The translations under genes and the position numbers were made by a program. Shown one piece after another: positions 47,670 to 61,300 of a DNA stretch of 64,000 nucleotides. The notes beneath the pieces were generated by a model. That model saw only the letters and a program-made list of their open reading frames with translations. It searched no databases and was not told the origin of the DNA. Each line of letters starts with the position of its first letter. The stretch's first letter is position 1. The DNA comes from Callorhinchus milii. Lineage: Eukaryota. The stretch lies in assembly GCF_018977255.1 (NCBI RefSeq), contig NW_024704743.1, positions 74,960,001 to 75,024,000 on the forward strand, in the 5' to 3' direction.

Positions 47670-47675
47670 TTTATT
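47670..47675 (-). terminator. Candidate CDV3 proximal polyadenylation signal
   Basis: AATAAA (tttatt on +) ~1.55 kb after the TAA at 49217, at the end of a repeat-free UTR-like stretch. Confidence 0.5.
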
Positions 47676-49216
47676 TCATTTGACAGTTTTCTCCAGTACA
47701 GCCATATTACGTGCCCAGGATTCAAAGTGTTCAGACAATAGCTGCTGTTCCATTTACAAGCACAGAATGTGTCTGAATGTGCATCTTACAACAAACCCAG
47801 AATGTCTATTCCAAGAAAAATGTAGCTGTTCTCTCTTTGGAAATCAATTCTATTACAAGCCAAAATGAAGGGAATTTGAACACAAACGGTCTTTAAGGAG
47901 ATCGCATTTTAGATCATGTCCAATTTAAAAATATCAGTTGCTTTAAAATCAAAACAGTAAGAAAACATTGCTATACCAAAGTCATCATAAATAGGTGTAC
48001 AGCAGTTATATTGTTTAAACCATAACCTTAAACCTTCCCTCCCCCCCATCTCAATCAACAAGTCTTTTTTTGTCAATGACATGGGACAAATTAAATTCAA
48101 CCTCAAGATTTAGTGACCAAACATTCAAAAGGTTTAAATATGGAAGTGTCATCACTAATAAATCCACACCAACAAACACTTCAGTTGGTGTGTTTGAGTA
48201 AGACTATGCTCACGGTTTAAAAGGAACATTTGTTGCAAGCTTACACCCTGTTTAATATTTACAGGTTGGTGCTTGATCAGCGATTATTTCTTAAAACTAC
48301 TAGTAACACCACAGATAGTGCTAGTTTGCTTCTGCAGATCTTAGGAAGCAGATTGGAGGGCCATATGGTTATTGATGATGCCATTTCTAAACCAAGTGGA
48401 AAGCTGCAGTGTATGTAATTGTTACAAAGGGAACAAATCTACCTCAGACCACAGGCAATGAATGCTCTCTTACCACAAGTGAGATGTAGGCAAGATGCTG
48501 CTCTGGGTAAGCAGCTCTGTAATACAGCCATCAAAAATATGCTAAGAATAATCTTATGAAGGGAAGTGGTGGTCCAAGTCATTGCATGCAGTCACTTAGC
48601 CCCAGCCTGAAAAGCAGATGCTCTTGATGGACACCACATGGGATCTTATTTTACAGTAAGGTCACTTAAAAAAGGTGTGCAGTCTGAAATATAGAACTTG
48701 TAGACTGATTTATACAATTTATATTCCCAATCTCAGGAATTTAGCAGTTTAATGTTCATCTGTGGCCCTGTAACCCTTTCTTTAAAGAAATGATAGCAAA
48801 CTTGAGGTGGTAAACGAGACAGTCAAAAATCAGTGTCCACAGTTCTCACTCCCAAACTGAGGTAGTCACCTTTGAGAAGGCTTAACATTCAACTAGAAAG
48901 CAGGACTCTGAACAAATGACCACTTTAAACGGCCACATTTCTCATCTTTATGAAAAAAGTCCCTCCACGAGCAACTGACACTTCATTCAAACCCCTTTTC
49001 ACTCCAGTCCACAGTAGATGACAGCAGTTATTGTGCTTCAAACTTAAAATTCTCATGATGCCTTGCACAGATGCCTCGTTTGTCCACAGAAGCCTACACC
49101 AGCTGGATTACGTATTTCCTGGCATTGTAGGGTGAAGACAGATGGGTTCCATAGCTGTAGTTTAGTTACCTGGGATGGAACACAGAGCAGCAGTCTGTAA
49201 ATTACGTTATCAACAT

Positions 49217-49343
49217 TTATTGCTCCCCAAGAACAGCAAACTGGTTGCCTAGTTCCAGCTGAACGGACTGACTTTTAGAACCATCCTCTCTGGCTCTGTT
49301 TTTATGTTTCACCATTTCAAAGGTCTTCTCCATTTCTTTATCT
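49217..49343 (-). CDS. CDV3: CDV3 proximal last coding exon
   Basis: tttccAG/A GAT AAA GAA ATG GAG AAG...GAG CAA TAA. Confidence 0.92.
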
Positions 49344-52300
49344 CTGGAAAACAAGTTATAATGATCAGGAGGGCAAACGTGCTCACCTTCTGTAACACAA
49401 AACTAGAAAATAGACCAAATGACGGATTACCTACCATCAGTATGGTCTTCCTCATTCTTTTAATGTAGTTCAACCTCCACATACAAATGAATAGGCTGTC
49501 CAAATGGGGAAAAACCACAGGCACACTGTCCCCTTTGAAACTAAAAAGTAGTCGTGCTGATCGTGTGATTTTTTTTCCCCCACCAAGATATGCATAGGCT
49601 GGGAAGGCATTTCAGTTTAATGAAAAGAGCGAACAGCAGAGACCAAAATGATGCACGCAATGAAAAACACAAGACAAGTTTGTTCTGATTGCAGCAGGCC
49701 AGAGAGAAATTAATTGTGGAGGGTCAGCTTACAGGGAGTTTGTATGTGGAGGTTGAACTACTTTTTTTTTAAAAAATGAGGAAGACTTACCTAGGTAGGT
49801 AATCTAATACTCCTATTTCATTCAACATCCACAAACAAATTAATTTTACCAAAGCAGAACAGAAAGCAAAGGTCAGAGGTTCTCCAGCTTAACGAGACTG
49901 GTATAAAATCACAGCATGAAAGCATCGTCAAACCATGGCAGTATTGCTTCATTAATTATTCCATGGAGCTACAAGTGGCATCCAGAACAGTGCCATTAGA
50001 CCAGCTTTATTCTCAATGCACGGCACCAACAATAGGCAATATATACATACTCACCATTTCTACAGATATGCGCCCTAACAGTAGAGCCAGTTTACACACT
50101 GTGGCATATGGTGGATCCACTATGCGAATGTGATCACCAGGCTGTTAATTGGTGGCAGAGCAGCTATCTGCCTCAAGGTCATCTTAAGATGTCATTCCTC
50201 CTTGTGTTGAATAAGATCTCAAGGTATCTGGGACCAATGTGCAAAATGCTTCATTTGAACATTCAGAATTCATGGATAGCAATAGCCCAAATCCTACACC
50301 ATAGAGGGTGCAGCATTAAATGCAGATTCCAGAGCAATCAGTCTCAGTTAAAATTATATCCTACTTTACTATTCTGGAATCACCACCTACTGAAGAGCAC
50401 CTCTATGCTGGCTCCGTTGTGGGATCTCTTAAAAGAGTAACCCCCGACTCTGTTAACACTTGCAATCCAGTCGATTGCCAACTGTGAAATATCAGAGGGA
50501 CTTGCACTACTTCAATTCCTTAACAGCAATGTCCCCTGGGGGGAAAAAAAAGTTTTTTTAAAAAAAAACTTGAGTGGCAAACTACACAATATTGGAGGCA
50601 TCAATTGCAGGCGTTGTAAAGTGCTAGTTGTGCATAACACACATTCACAAGTAAGTTCTCCCTCCCTGATGACAGAGGCCTGGCTTGCACTATTGATTAA
50701 TGTGAATTACTTGCTCATAATCAAACAATGGGTTTGGTAAAAAAAAATTGTCTTAGGAACATTTCCCTCAAATCTTTTTTGAATTTTTTGTTGGCACTAC
50801 AAAGCTTTTTCTTGTATGATAAATTTGCCATACTTTATGCACATAGTCACAATGGCAGTGGGACAATTCAAACCTGGCAGCCTCATTAACTGTATGTGGA
50901 GGTTGAACAAATAAGGATGCACACAATATAGATAAATCAGAACACTGAAAAATATTACTTTTTCAAGTGTCTGACATATACAATCTGTTCCCAATAGGAC
51001 CTTCTGGCCTTAAGAAAATCCATGGATCTTCATCTATAGTTTTTTTTGATACTGTTCTCCGGCCATTTGAAGGCACTGACTATTATTACATACAATTCTA
51101 ATGAAAACCCTCCAGTAGCTCCTCCAAGCATCAGGTTTACAATGAGAGTATCGGTGGGTGACTGAATTTTGAGGGTATCACAGCCGAGTGATCATTGTGG
51201 TAGAGATCCCGGGATATCAACCAGGAGCTCATTCTCTAACTCACAACAATGGCTTAACTGTATTAAACCAAATGTACTGCTCTGGCTGAGAAAACCCAAG
51301 GATCTTCTGGTCTGTATGACTCAGTACCACACTACATTTACCCCTTAACTCACTGTTTGCGGGTGGGGAGGAGACAGGCTTTTAAGTTTCCAGGCAATTT
51401 GTTTTAAAACCAAGTAAAAAAGGAGTGGCAAATTTAATTAGCAATTTCAGATTTATTACTTGGATTTTTCTTTACACAACTGTTAGAAACAAAAAATGCT
51501 CCTTTTGATTCCTTTTGTAAATGAATGAGAAAACACGATGGATTATAAGCAGCTAATTGCACAGCCACCTGCACAACGTACAAAACGTATCCTCTGAGAC
51601 TCAAATGCAAGGTTTGGGACATTAAGCTGGATAGCAAGCTAATATCATGGTTAAAAATTCTTGAATCCATTTCAAACCACATGAACAGTAAAAAGCAGTT
51701 CAAAACTGAAAATGAAGAACCTAAGAAAACAATCACTGACAAGTAGATTAAGGTTCCCCCCAAAACAAAGTTCTCATAAGGAGTTGTAACACTGACACCT
51801 ATATCTGGCAGTTCCCATAGAAAGAGAATCAATAATAATCACTACTTTAAACAAATCTAATACAACTGCTTACTTTCTGGTTTCTACATGCTTGGCAGAA
51901 GCTTGCAGGGATGGAAATTGTGCGTCATTGAAGATCTCTGGAGGTCCTTGCAATTGAGTTCGTCTCATCATACCCGACCTAGCTGCAGGAGGCCTATACA
52001 CACCACTTGGCTTTGGTTCTGGGACTTCTGAAACTTGAGTAACAATTGTGTTAGAAACAAAATAAGAATTTCTCACAAAGGTTCAAATACCTTGAGAACA
52101 TGGCTATGATCCTCAACAACAATATTCCATGCATCATTGGAACAAACTTACCTTGTCATTCGCTAACTCAGATTAGTTGCTGAGAGGCAGGACACTTCCT
52201 CAGAAGTGAAAATTAGTTCACCTTAGGTCACCATTTCAGCTATCTCAACTTTTGTGAGCGTGTGCAAAGGAAACGTGTAGGCTAAAGCTAAGCATGACAG

Positions 52301-55300
52301 AATGGAGCATTTTGAAATAGGCACTTTATTTTCAAATAGGCAAAGAATCCGATAATTACTTTGTTTGAAATCAGCTCGACTGTTTAAAAAACAAATCTAC
52401 TAAACGCTAAAAAAAGTACAAAACTCCACTGAAGAATTTTAATTATTCAGAAAATATAGAGAACACTATATTCCTGTGAAAAGAAGCTACTATTGGGCAA
52501 CATGATCTGGCTTGAAGAATCTCTAGCAGCAAAGCAATACAATTGCAATACCAGATTTAAGATGGATGCTCTCTAGAGGTCTGACACAAACCAGCAGCTG
52601 CACATATTTTTCCCCTGAATTTTCATTTGAGTATCAATTTAAACAAAAAATAATTCAACTTGCTAAATATTTCAACTCCAAAAGATTTTAGTCAAGGCAA
52701 AATCTTTAATTTCACTTACAAAAGGAAATATACTTAGTTTCACTGCCATAATCAGTTAGGTATCCAATAATACAATTTTTGAAAGCTAAAAAGGCAAAAG
52801 ATATTTCAAATTTTATGAATACCCAACAGTACCTTACCTTTCTTGTTATACTATCCAACTATGATTGCAGATTGCTTACATAGATATTATGGGGGTGGAT
52901 AGTATCAAGGAAGTACTCTCTCTCCCCTTAAAGAGCTGCCTGAGTGAGTGTAACATATTTCAGCTGTAATAAATTCATTTTACTTTCAACTAATGGAAAC
53001 AGTCATCCTCCTACAGCTGAACTTCATTCAGCAAGATGAAAAGCCTGCTCTTTGGCTCCCGTCAATTTCTTCTCTCCTGCGGGTCTGAATTCCTCAACCT
53101 CCCCGGATTCTCCCTCAGACTCACTGAACCTTTGCACAACTTAGGTGTCAGGTTCAATCCCCAGCTTTCCTTTCTACCCCACATCCATTCCCTCTCCAAA
53201 ATGCTTTTTTCTATCTTACTGTCCGCCTCCATCTGTACCTCACAACCAGCGCAGCCGAAACCATGTGCGGCATTCCTCATTTATTTGCTTTTTACACAGG
53301 ACTTCCAACCTCTAACCCTCAACACAAGAACACCACAACAAGTGGTTATTTCGCCTCGGTCTCAAGATGCTCATATTTAAAAACCCTTTATAAAATGCAT
53401 CCTACCCTTTATCAGTGGATACACAAAGCAGTTATATGGGGCACAGAAACATTTAGGGGGAAGTGAAAGTGTTTCAGCCAGCCTAGGGAATTTTTTGAAT
53501 TAATACATTAGAGACAGTTTTCCTAAAACTGGAACACTATCAAACTTTTATTGCAAATTTATGGTTCCATATATCTGATAAAAGATATGAAGAGTTAGAT
53601 TTAGTTTATTTTGCTAATTAAGGCATTTCTATTCAGTTGATCTTAAGTTAAATTAGAACTTTATTAGAACCCAATAGAGCCATTTTGCCAAAATCGTATA
53701 TAAAAAGAGGAACTGGCAACCATCCAGACACATGGGTCGGTCACTGGCAGCTGTATCTATATTTCACAATCCTTGGGGATTTTTTTTTGGTCAGCTGGGA
53801 ATGTAACACCCTCCCCCATCATTCTTAAGCAAACTGTGGAGTCCTGTATCTCAGTGGTTAGAGCACTCGCCTCGCAAGTAAGAGACCTGGGTTCAATTCC
53901 CGGCAGGGCGAAACCTTGGGCAAGTTTCCTTACTCCACTCACTTAATAATAATCCCTCAAGAAAAAAACAATAAATTGGTCGCTTCAATCCACGGCTGTT
54001 CGTGGGACGCTGCTGTGCGCAATTGGCTGCCGTGTTTTGCCCACAAAATACAGTTAATTCACTTTACAGAGCTTTGAGATGTCTCGAAGACCGTGATAAG
54101 GCCCTATATCAAATGCAACGATTATTATTACCTAATCCTAGAGTTCAGGTACAGGTTGGCAAGGATCAAAAACAACAACAAATTACATTCGTATAGCACC
54201 TTCACATTAGCAGCACATCCCAGGCACTGGACAGTCAGAGATTTAGACCGAGCAGGGGGTTGGGATCGGTAGGGATGGAGGGCAGAGGTAGGATGGTGTC
54301 CGAAGGTGCAGGCGAACATGAGGGTCTTGAGACCTACCTTGAAGGAGGTGAGGGAGAGAGCAAGGCAAATAGATTGTGGAATGGATCTCCAAAGGGTGGG
54401 GGCATAGAGCCCGAAAGCCTGACGACTGATGCAGGGGGTGGGAGAGAGCAGGCTGAAGCCTGCTGAGTGGAGAGGTTGATAAGTCGTTAGCAGGTCACAG
54501 AGGTAGGAAGGATCAAGGCCATCGACGACTTTGAAGGCGAAGATTTTGAACTCTATCCTCTGGAGGATGGAGAGCCAATAGAGCCGGGCGAGGTTAATCA
54601 GGTCACAGAGCATGATGCGGGAGAGGACACAAGCTGCAGCTTGTGGAGGGAAGAATTGTGAGGGCCAACAAGCAGAGTTGGCATAGTTGAGCCTAGATGT
54701 AACGATTGCATAGATTAGGGTCTCAGCGGCCTGAGTGGAGAGGCAGTGCTGTTTTGGAGATGGAGAAAAGCACAGCAGATCATGGCATGGATTTGGGGTA
54801 GAAAGGACAGTTGAAGGCCAAACAAGACGTCAAGGTTCCAGACTGGCTCAGTGAGGTGGAGTGTGCATCCCTGGATGGTAATGCTGCCAGCACCAGAGAT
54901 TTTAAGCAGGATCAAGGATTGGGTACCCACAGAGTGTGCATTGGGGTAGTGGAATGTAATCAGCTAAAACCACACAACTTACAATTGAGAACACTGCTAA
55001 GCTTGCTGCTGCTGATCCAGCTCGGATCACCATCATTAGTTTTGGTTTCCCAGAGCGACAAGAGCAGAGTGGAAAAGATCCACCCCTCTAAGTATTCTTA
55101 CAAATAAGCCAGGCTGTCTGGTCTGTCATCAACAGTGATCAGAGTATTGTGGCAATGCCCTGTTCACTTATCAGACTACATAGATCTCTACAAAGGGTAA
55201 ACTAGATTCTGATATCCCATCACCAGCCACGTCACCTTTAAGCCAACTCATCCCCAAAAAATGAATACTGCTTAAAATCTGTGGAATTCCTAAACCCATT

Positions 55301-58300
55301 ACATTTCTTAAAACACCAGTTTTAGAACACCAGCAAGTGATGGCCCTCTCCAGGTAAATGGTTTACTCCATACTGCACCACCAGTTGATTTTACTGAGGT
55401 GAGCGATCGTTTTTTTTGTTCTAGTTTGCTTTCCCAGGATTTTTCTGTCTAAGAGGGATAAAGTCCATCTTCTCTTAGGCCAAAAAATTAACTATTGGGA
55501 GTCCTGTAGCTCAGTGGTTAGAGCACTCACCTTGCAAGTGTGTGACCTGGGTTCAATCCCAGCAGGCCAAACATTGGGCAAGTTCCTTTACGCCACACGC
55601 CTCTGTTCATCTAGCGTTAAGAATTCAAGATCCTTATCCTCACCTACAAGGCCATTCACGGCCTTGCTCCCTCCTACCTCTCCGACCTACTATCCCCCTA
55701 CTTACCTACCCGTACCCTCCGTTCCTCTGGCTCCGATCTGCTCCACACCCCTCGCCCTACCATCGGTGGCCGGGCCTTCAGCCTCTCAGCCCCGAGGCTC
55801 TGGAACTCCATCCCCCAGTGCCTTCGCCGCCTCCTCCCTTTCCTCCTTCAAGGCCGGTCTCAAGACCTTTCTCCTTGACCGTGCCTTCAGCTCCTCTCTC
55901 AACTCTCTACCCCCTCCTCGCCCCCTCCCTTCCCTCCCCTCACCCTGACCATTTCTTCCCTGCTCGGGTCCTGACCCAACTGTCCAGCGCTTTGGGACGT
56001 CCTCCCGACGTGAAAGGCGCTCTATAAATGGAATCTTGTTGTTGTTGTTGTTGTTGTTGTAAGTAGGAACCCTCAACTGTCTTTTCTCCCCCACATTCAA
56101 GCCATGACTTACTCTGCCTTCCGTCAGCTCCGTAACATTGCCTAACGCAGCCACTACCTCACCCCTCAGGCCGCTGAAACTCTTGTTCATGCCTTTATTG
56201 CCTCCAGGCTCGACTATGCAAACGCCCTACTTGTCAGCCTTCCCAACTCCTCCCTCCACAGGCTGCAGATAATCCAGAACTCTGCAGCCCATGATCTCTC
56301 CCGCACCAAATTCTGTGACTCCATCTACCCCACTCTCGCCCGACTCTACTGGCTCCCTATCCTTCAGAGTATCCAGTTCAAGATCCTGGTCCTCATATAC
56401 AAAGACCTCCATGGCCTCGCCCCACCCTACTTCTACGACCTCCAAACCCCCTACCAACCCGCCCGTTCCCTCCGCTCAGCCGGCTCTGGCCTGCTCCATG
56501 TCCACCAACCCACCTGCCCCACCATTGGCGGGAGAGCCTTCAGCCACTCTGCCCCCAACCTCTGGAATTCCATCCCCCAGTCACTCCGTCTCGCCCCTTT
56601 CTTAGCCTCCTTCAAGTCCCGCCTCAAGACCCGCCTCTTCGACCATGCTATCGGCCACCCCCCTTCCTCTCCCTTACCCCTCCAACCCCAGCTCAGGTCT
56701 GAAACGCTGTACTCTGTCCAGCGCATTGGGACGTCCTCCCGACGTGAAAAGCGCTATACAAATATAGTCTTGTTGAACCCGGTTGTTAGTTGATTGGCAG
56801 ATTGCTTTTCCAAGGTAATAGTTCCTTCAAAAGTATATTCTGTAAAGTTCTTTGAAACGTCTAAAAGCATGATAAGGCGCTATATCAAATGCAAGGATTA
56901 TTACTACTACAGTGATTTGACACGCAGGCTTTTGGCCAACCCTGCCCAATTGCTGAAAGTAACATTTAACTTGGAACGTTTTGGCCAGAGAATGTGGATC
57001 TTGATCTTTTAGCTAAATAAACCCAAGAGAGCAAACAAGCACGAAAAAAAACAGAGCTTGAAGTAGGACCCACAATTTACAAAGTAGTTTCACTAGGATA
57101 AAAACAAAATGAAACCCTTAGTGGAATAACCACTTACCAAGAGAGAGTTGCCATCTGCTGGTGTTCTTAAACACATCCTTTAAATAAGGAACAGTTTACA
57201 AATAAGATGCCTGCAAATTTTACTCTTTATTTCAATATCTGTAGAACAAGCACAGCACTTACCCACAGGAACAGGCATTTGTGCAGGCGTTATTTTGTTC
57301 CAAGGCCCATAAAGCCTCTCTCCTTCTCTGTATTGAATATTCTCTCCATCTTCACCATGTTCTTCTTTCTTGTCATTATCATCTTCCTCCCTTTCATCAC
57401 TATCAAATCAAATCAGACGTATTAAAGCAAGCACATGGAAGAAATTTCTTCCAATATTCTGCTCATTAGACAAGAAAAGTTATCAGTCAAACTTTACTTA
57501 ATTTCAAATTAGCAATTTGCCCCCCAGTTCAACATTCAGACCAAAGGCGAGCCAACCCAACAAGGCTGTATGAAAACCATTAGATCTGAGAAAACAGGCT
57601 AGGGTGCCAAGTGCTTCATTTAAGCTGCCTTAAATATGTGTGTGTGTGTATGTGTGGGGGGGGGGGGTGGGAGAGAAAAGAGAGGGAGGGGAAAGAGGAG
57701 TGCATGGCCATTTAATATCCTCCCATGGAACACAACCTGTAGGCAAAATTGAATGCCCTATTAGTTCACTGAACTAAGAAGCTTCAATTCACCACCTATT
57801 GTGCTTCCCTCTGCAAACAGTTACTGCGCATTACAGTAATTTTATTGCATGTTACAGTACAGTTACATCATTTACAATAATAATAAGTTTCCTGCAAGCA
57901 ACCTACATGTCAAATACCTGGTAGTTGGTGAAGTTCAATGTAAAAATTGCAAATGCACTTAACAGCCATTGCATAGAATTGTCAGATACCTTTTAAACAA
58001 CTGAATTTTGATATTAAAAGCGGTTATAGATTTGGGGATCAGATAGAATGCCAGCGCTAATTTTTCATACTGGCCTTTTTAAAATAATAATCCTTGCATT
58101 TGATATAGTACCGTATCACATCTTCCGAGACTTCTCAAAATACTTCAAGAAATATATTGTAAAGTGTAGTGACTGTATATTTTGTGGGTGAAACGCAGCA
58201 GTCAATTGCAAACAGCAGTGTCCCACATTGGGTGACCAAAATTATTATGATTTAATTATTTGTTTTTGGAAGGGATTATTGCCCCCGGAAAGCGATCCAC

Positions 58301-61300
58301 CAATCAACTAACAACTGTTTTCCTACTTACTGCTAGGTAAACAGAGGCGTGTATGTGGAATAAGGAAACTTGCCTAAGGTTTTGCCGCTTATAATGTATT
58401 CCATTTACACATGGAAATTTACCTACTCCTGGAATTCGCACTCTTAATTGGAGGTAAACACCCAATTTACCTACTTAATAATCCTTGCTTTTATGAGACC
58501 CCCAAAATATGCATTGGGGGTACTTCTGGAGTTTAACTTGCTAGAATCGCAAAGCTTGGCATTGCTATAATTTCTGGCTTGCCCAGCTGGATCTACCCTA
58601 CGTATTAGAGCTTTGGCTTTCAGGGTTAACAGGAGCTGATGAAAAGAATATCTGCTCTCAGTGACAGGTCTTTCCCTCCAAGTACTTGCATAATAATATT
58701 TGCATCTGATTAACAATGAAAAATCTCAATGCACTTCATTGGCAATGGCAGTAAAGTCAAGTGACTGATGGTAGGCAAATGTGGCAGTCACATACTGTGT
58801 AATTCAGTATCCCAAACAGCCATGACCATTTTTCTTCAGAGGATGGTTGGCCAGGATAAAGGGAAGAATTCCCTTTGAGTGTCATAAGATCTTGTGGAGT
58901 CCTGTAGCTCAGTGGTTAGAGCACTTGCTTTGCAAGCGAGACACTTGGGTTCAATTCCAGGCAGGGTGAAACTTTGGGCAAGTTTCCTTACTCCACACGC
59001 CTAATAATAATCCCTCCAAAACAATAATAAACTGGTCATTTTCAATCCACAATTGTTTGTGGGAAACTGCTGTGCGCAATTGGCTGCTGCGTTTCGCCCA
59101 CAAGTTCATATTCTGTGAAGCGCTTTGAGACACCTAGAGGATGTGAAAATCGCTATATCAAATGCAAGGATTATTATTATAACGTTGAACAAGCACATTT
59201 AATGTCTCATCAAAAGTGTGGACCTTCAGCAACTTACTTCTACCTTAGACCTCATTGGAATACCAGCGTAAACTGTGAGCTCAAAGTCTCAATGGTGCCT
59301 GAACCCACAACCTTCAGAGGCAAGAGTTCAACAAACTGAGCTGGGCTGACACACAGGAGTGAGAAGTATTGCATTAATTTGAAAATCTAAAACCACTCAA
59401 GTGCACTAACAAATCCACAGAGTTAATTATTTATCTACTAACTATAAGACATCACGGAATTGGGCAGCCTCGATGGTGAAGTGGATTGCACTGTAGCTCA
59501 GGAACCAGGAGCTCCCTGCTTTGAATCTTCAACTTCCATGGAATCACACCCCAGACTGGGAGCAGAGGCATGTGCCCGTGGGGAAAACACACTTGATTTA
59601 TTTTACTTAAAAAATTTAATGTAAAAATACAACAAGCCTCGCTCAAAAACCGGTACAACTTATCCCACTGTAGCCTGTGGATCATCCTAAGGGAAAAGTT
59701 TACGTAAATCTCCCCTGATCCCCAAAAGTAATCATGCAAAGCTCCAGATTAGTTATTCAATTCTGACCTGTGCCTTCCAGAAAACATCCTCCAGCAATTT
59801 CTCCAAAGAAAATTGTAGGGCTACACTACACCTCTGTGATTCCTCTACTCTATTAAAAAAAAGGCAAGATTAATAAAAAAAATTCAAGTAAGGGAATTTT
59901 GAGCTACCGTAGAATCACTCATTGCACAAGCATACAAGGCATTCAGAATAAAGAGGCATGCACAATCCAGAGGGCATTACCTCAGATTTGCCCTCATTCA
60001 CTTTACATCCAAATCTCTCTTTCCATCAAGAGAGTCGATTGTGTTTAGAAGGTCTGATAAAAATAAAAGGGTATTAATCATACATGGTGAAGTCTTTAGG
60101 ACCAGTCACCAAAATCAATGCTCTTAATTTCAAGAGGCTCTCATACCTACCATTGGCTCAAGTGCAAAACTGAATAAATGGGTTACCATCTAAAGCACCC
60201 AAAGCAAATCAATTATTTGTGCTTCGAGCAAAACCAATATCCACTCAATCAATTCAGGCTAACAATGCATAAAAAGATTAGCCCACTTCACATGACTGTT
60301 GTCAAGTATCCAACAATACAACTATGGGAATACCCAATAATCCGACATGAGGCAGGAAGGCTCAAACCTCCTCCCAACATTACTGCATTTACAACTTGCC
60401 TTTAAAAAAACAATGTTTGGTGGTCACTTCCACAAAAGGGTATTTCCCCTCATTAAGAGCCACAACTTTTCATCAACTTCAACTTTTGTGCTAAAATCTT
60501 ACACAATGATTTTGTGAACTGCAGCAAACGGTGAAAGATCCAAATTAAGTTAGATGCTGAATGTTATTAATGTACTCTGTTATTAGAGCATCCTGGAGGC
60601 TTGCCCATACAACACAAGTGTCACTGCATTGCTCTTCATTACTTTTTTAATAAAGTTGAGCTGTCACCCTACCTGCTAGAGTAAGTGGCAGCTTCAACAG
60701 TAATATCTGAAGGTAGTATACATACAAAGTGTATGCTAGGTCAGAACTCTGCAAATTAAAATCCAACATACAATTTTCTGATGATTCCCAAGAAACAAAT
60801 TATACTTTGTCTAACAGGGTAGTTGGTGCAAAACGATTGATCCATACACCTACTAACAAGTAAAAGACAAATTAGATTTATGGAGAAAGAAGCAAACTTC
60901 TCAAAACCACGAAAAAAGGAAAAAAAACTCAATAGCATGGACGTCCTATGTTTCAGCAGTTGCAAAGTGATGTTAGTGCCACGTCCTGCACATATTGCAA
61001 TTTAAACAAAGCAACTTTGCTTTTAGAAGTAATAAATATACTAGGTGTATTGCAGATACACTGGTGCAACAAAGTGCACTAGCTGAAAGTAATGGTTTCC
61101 TATATCATATTCATACCAATACACTAAAGTTAGTCCAAAGGTAGCTATACACCAAACTGCTTCAGAACGTGATCTAGAACATTATAAAATGTTTTATTAT
61201 TATCCAGAACGTAATAAAATTGATGCAAAATAAACCGATAAAATTCAATTAGCTAGTGGTTAGGCTGTTTTTGCATTGGAACAAATCATACACAAACATT

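Noticed and set aside
49381..49390. Strong donor-like GAAG|GTGAGC on the minus strand
   Set aside because: Only ~43 nt from the last-exon acceptor, too short for a normal vertebrate intron; no support for use with another acceptor.
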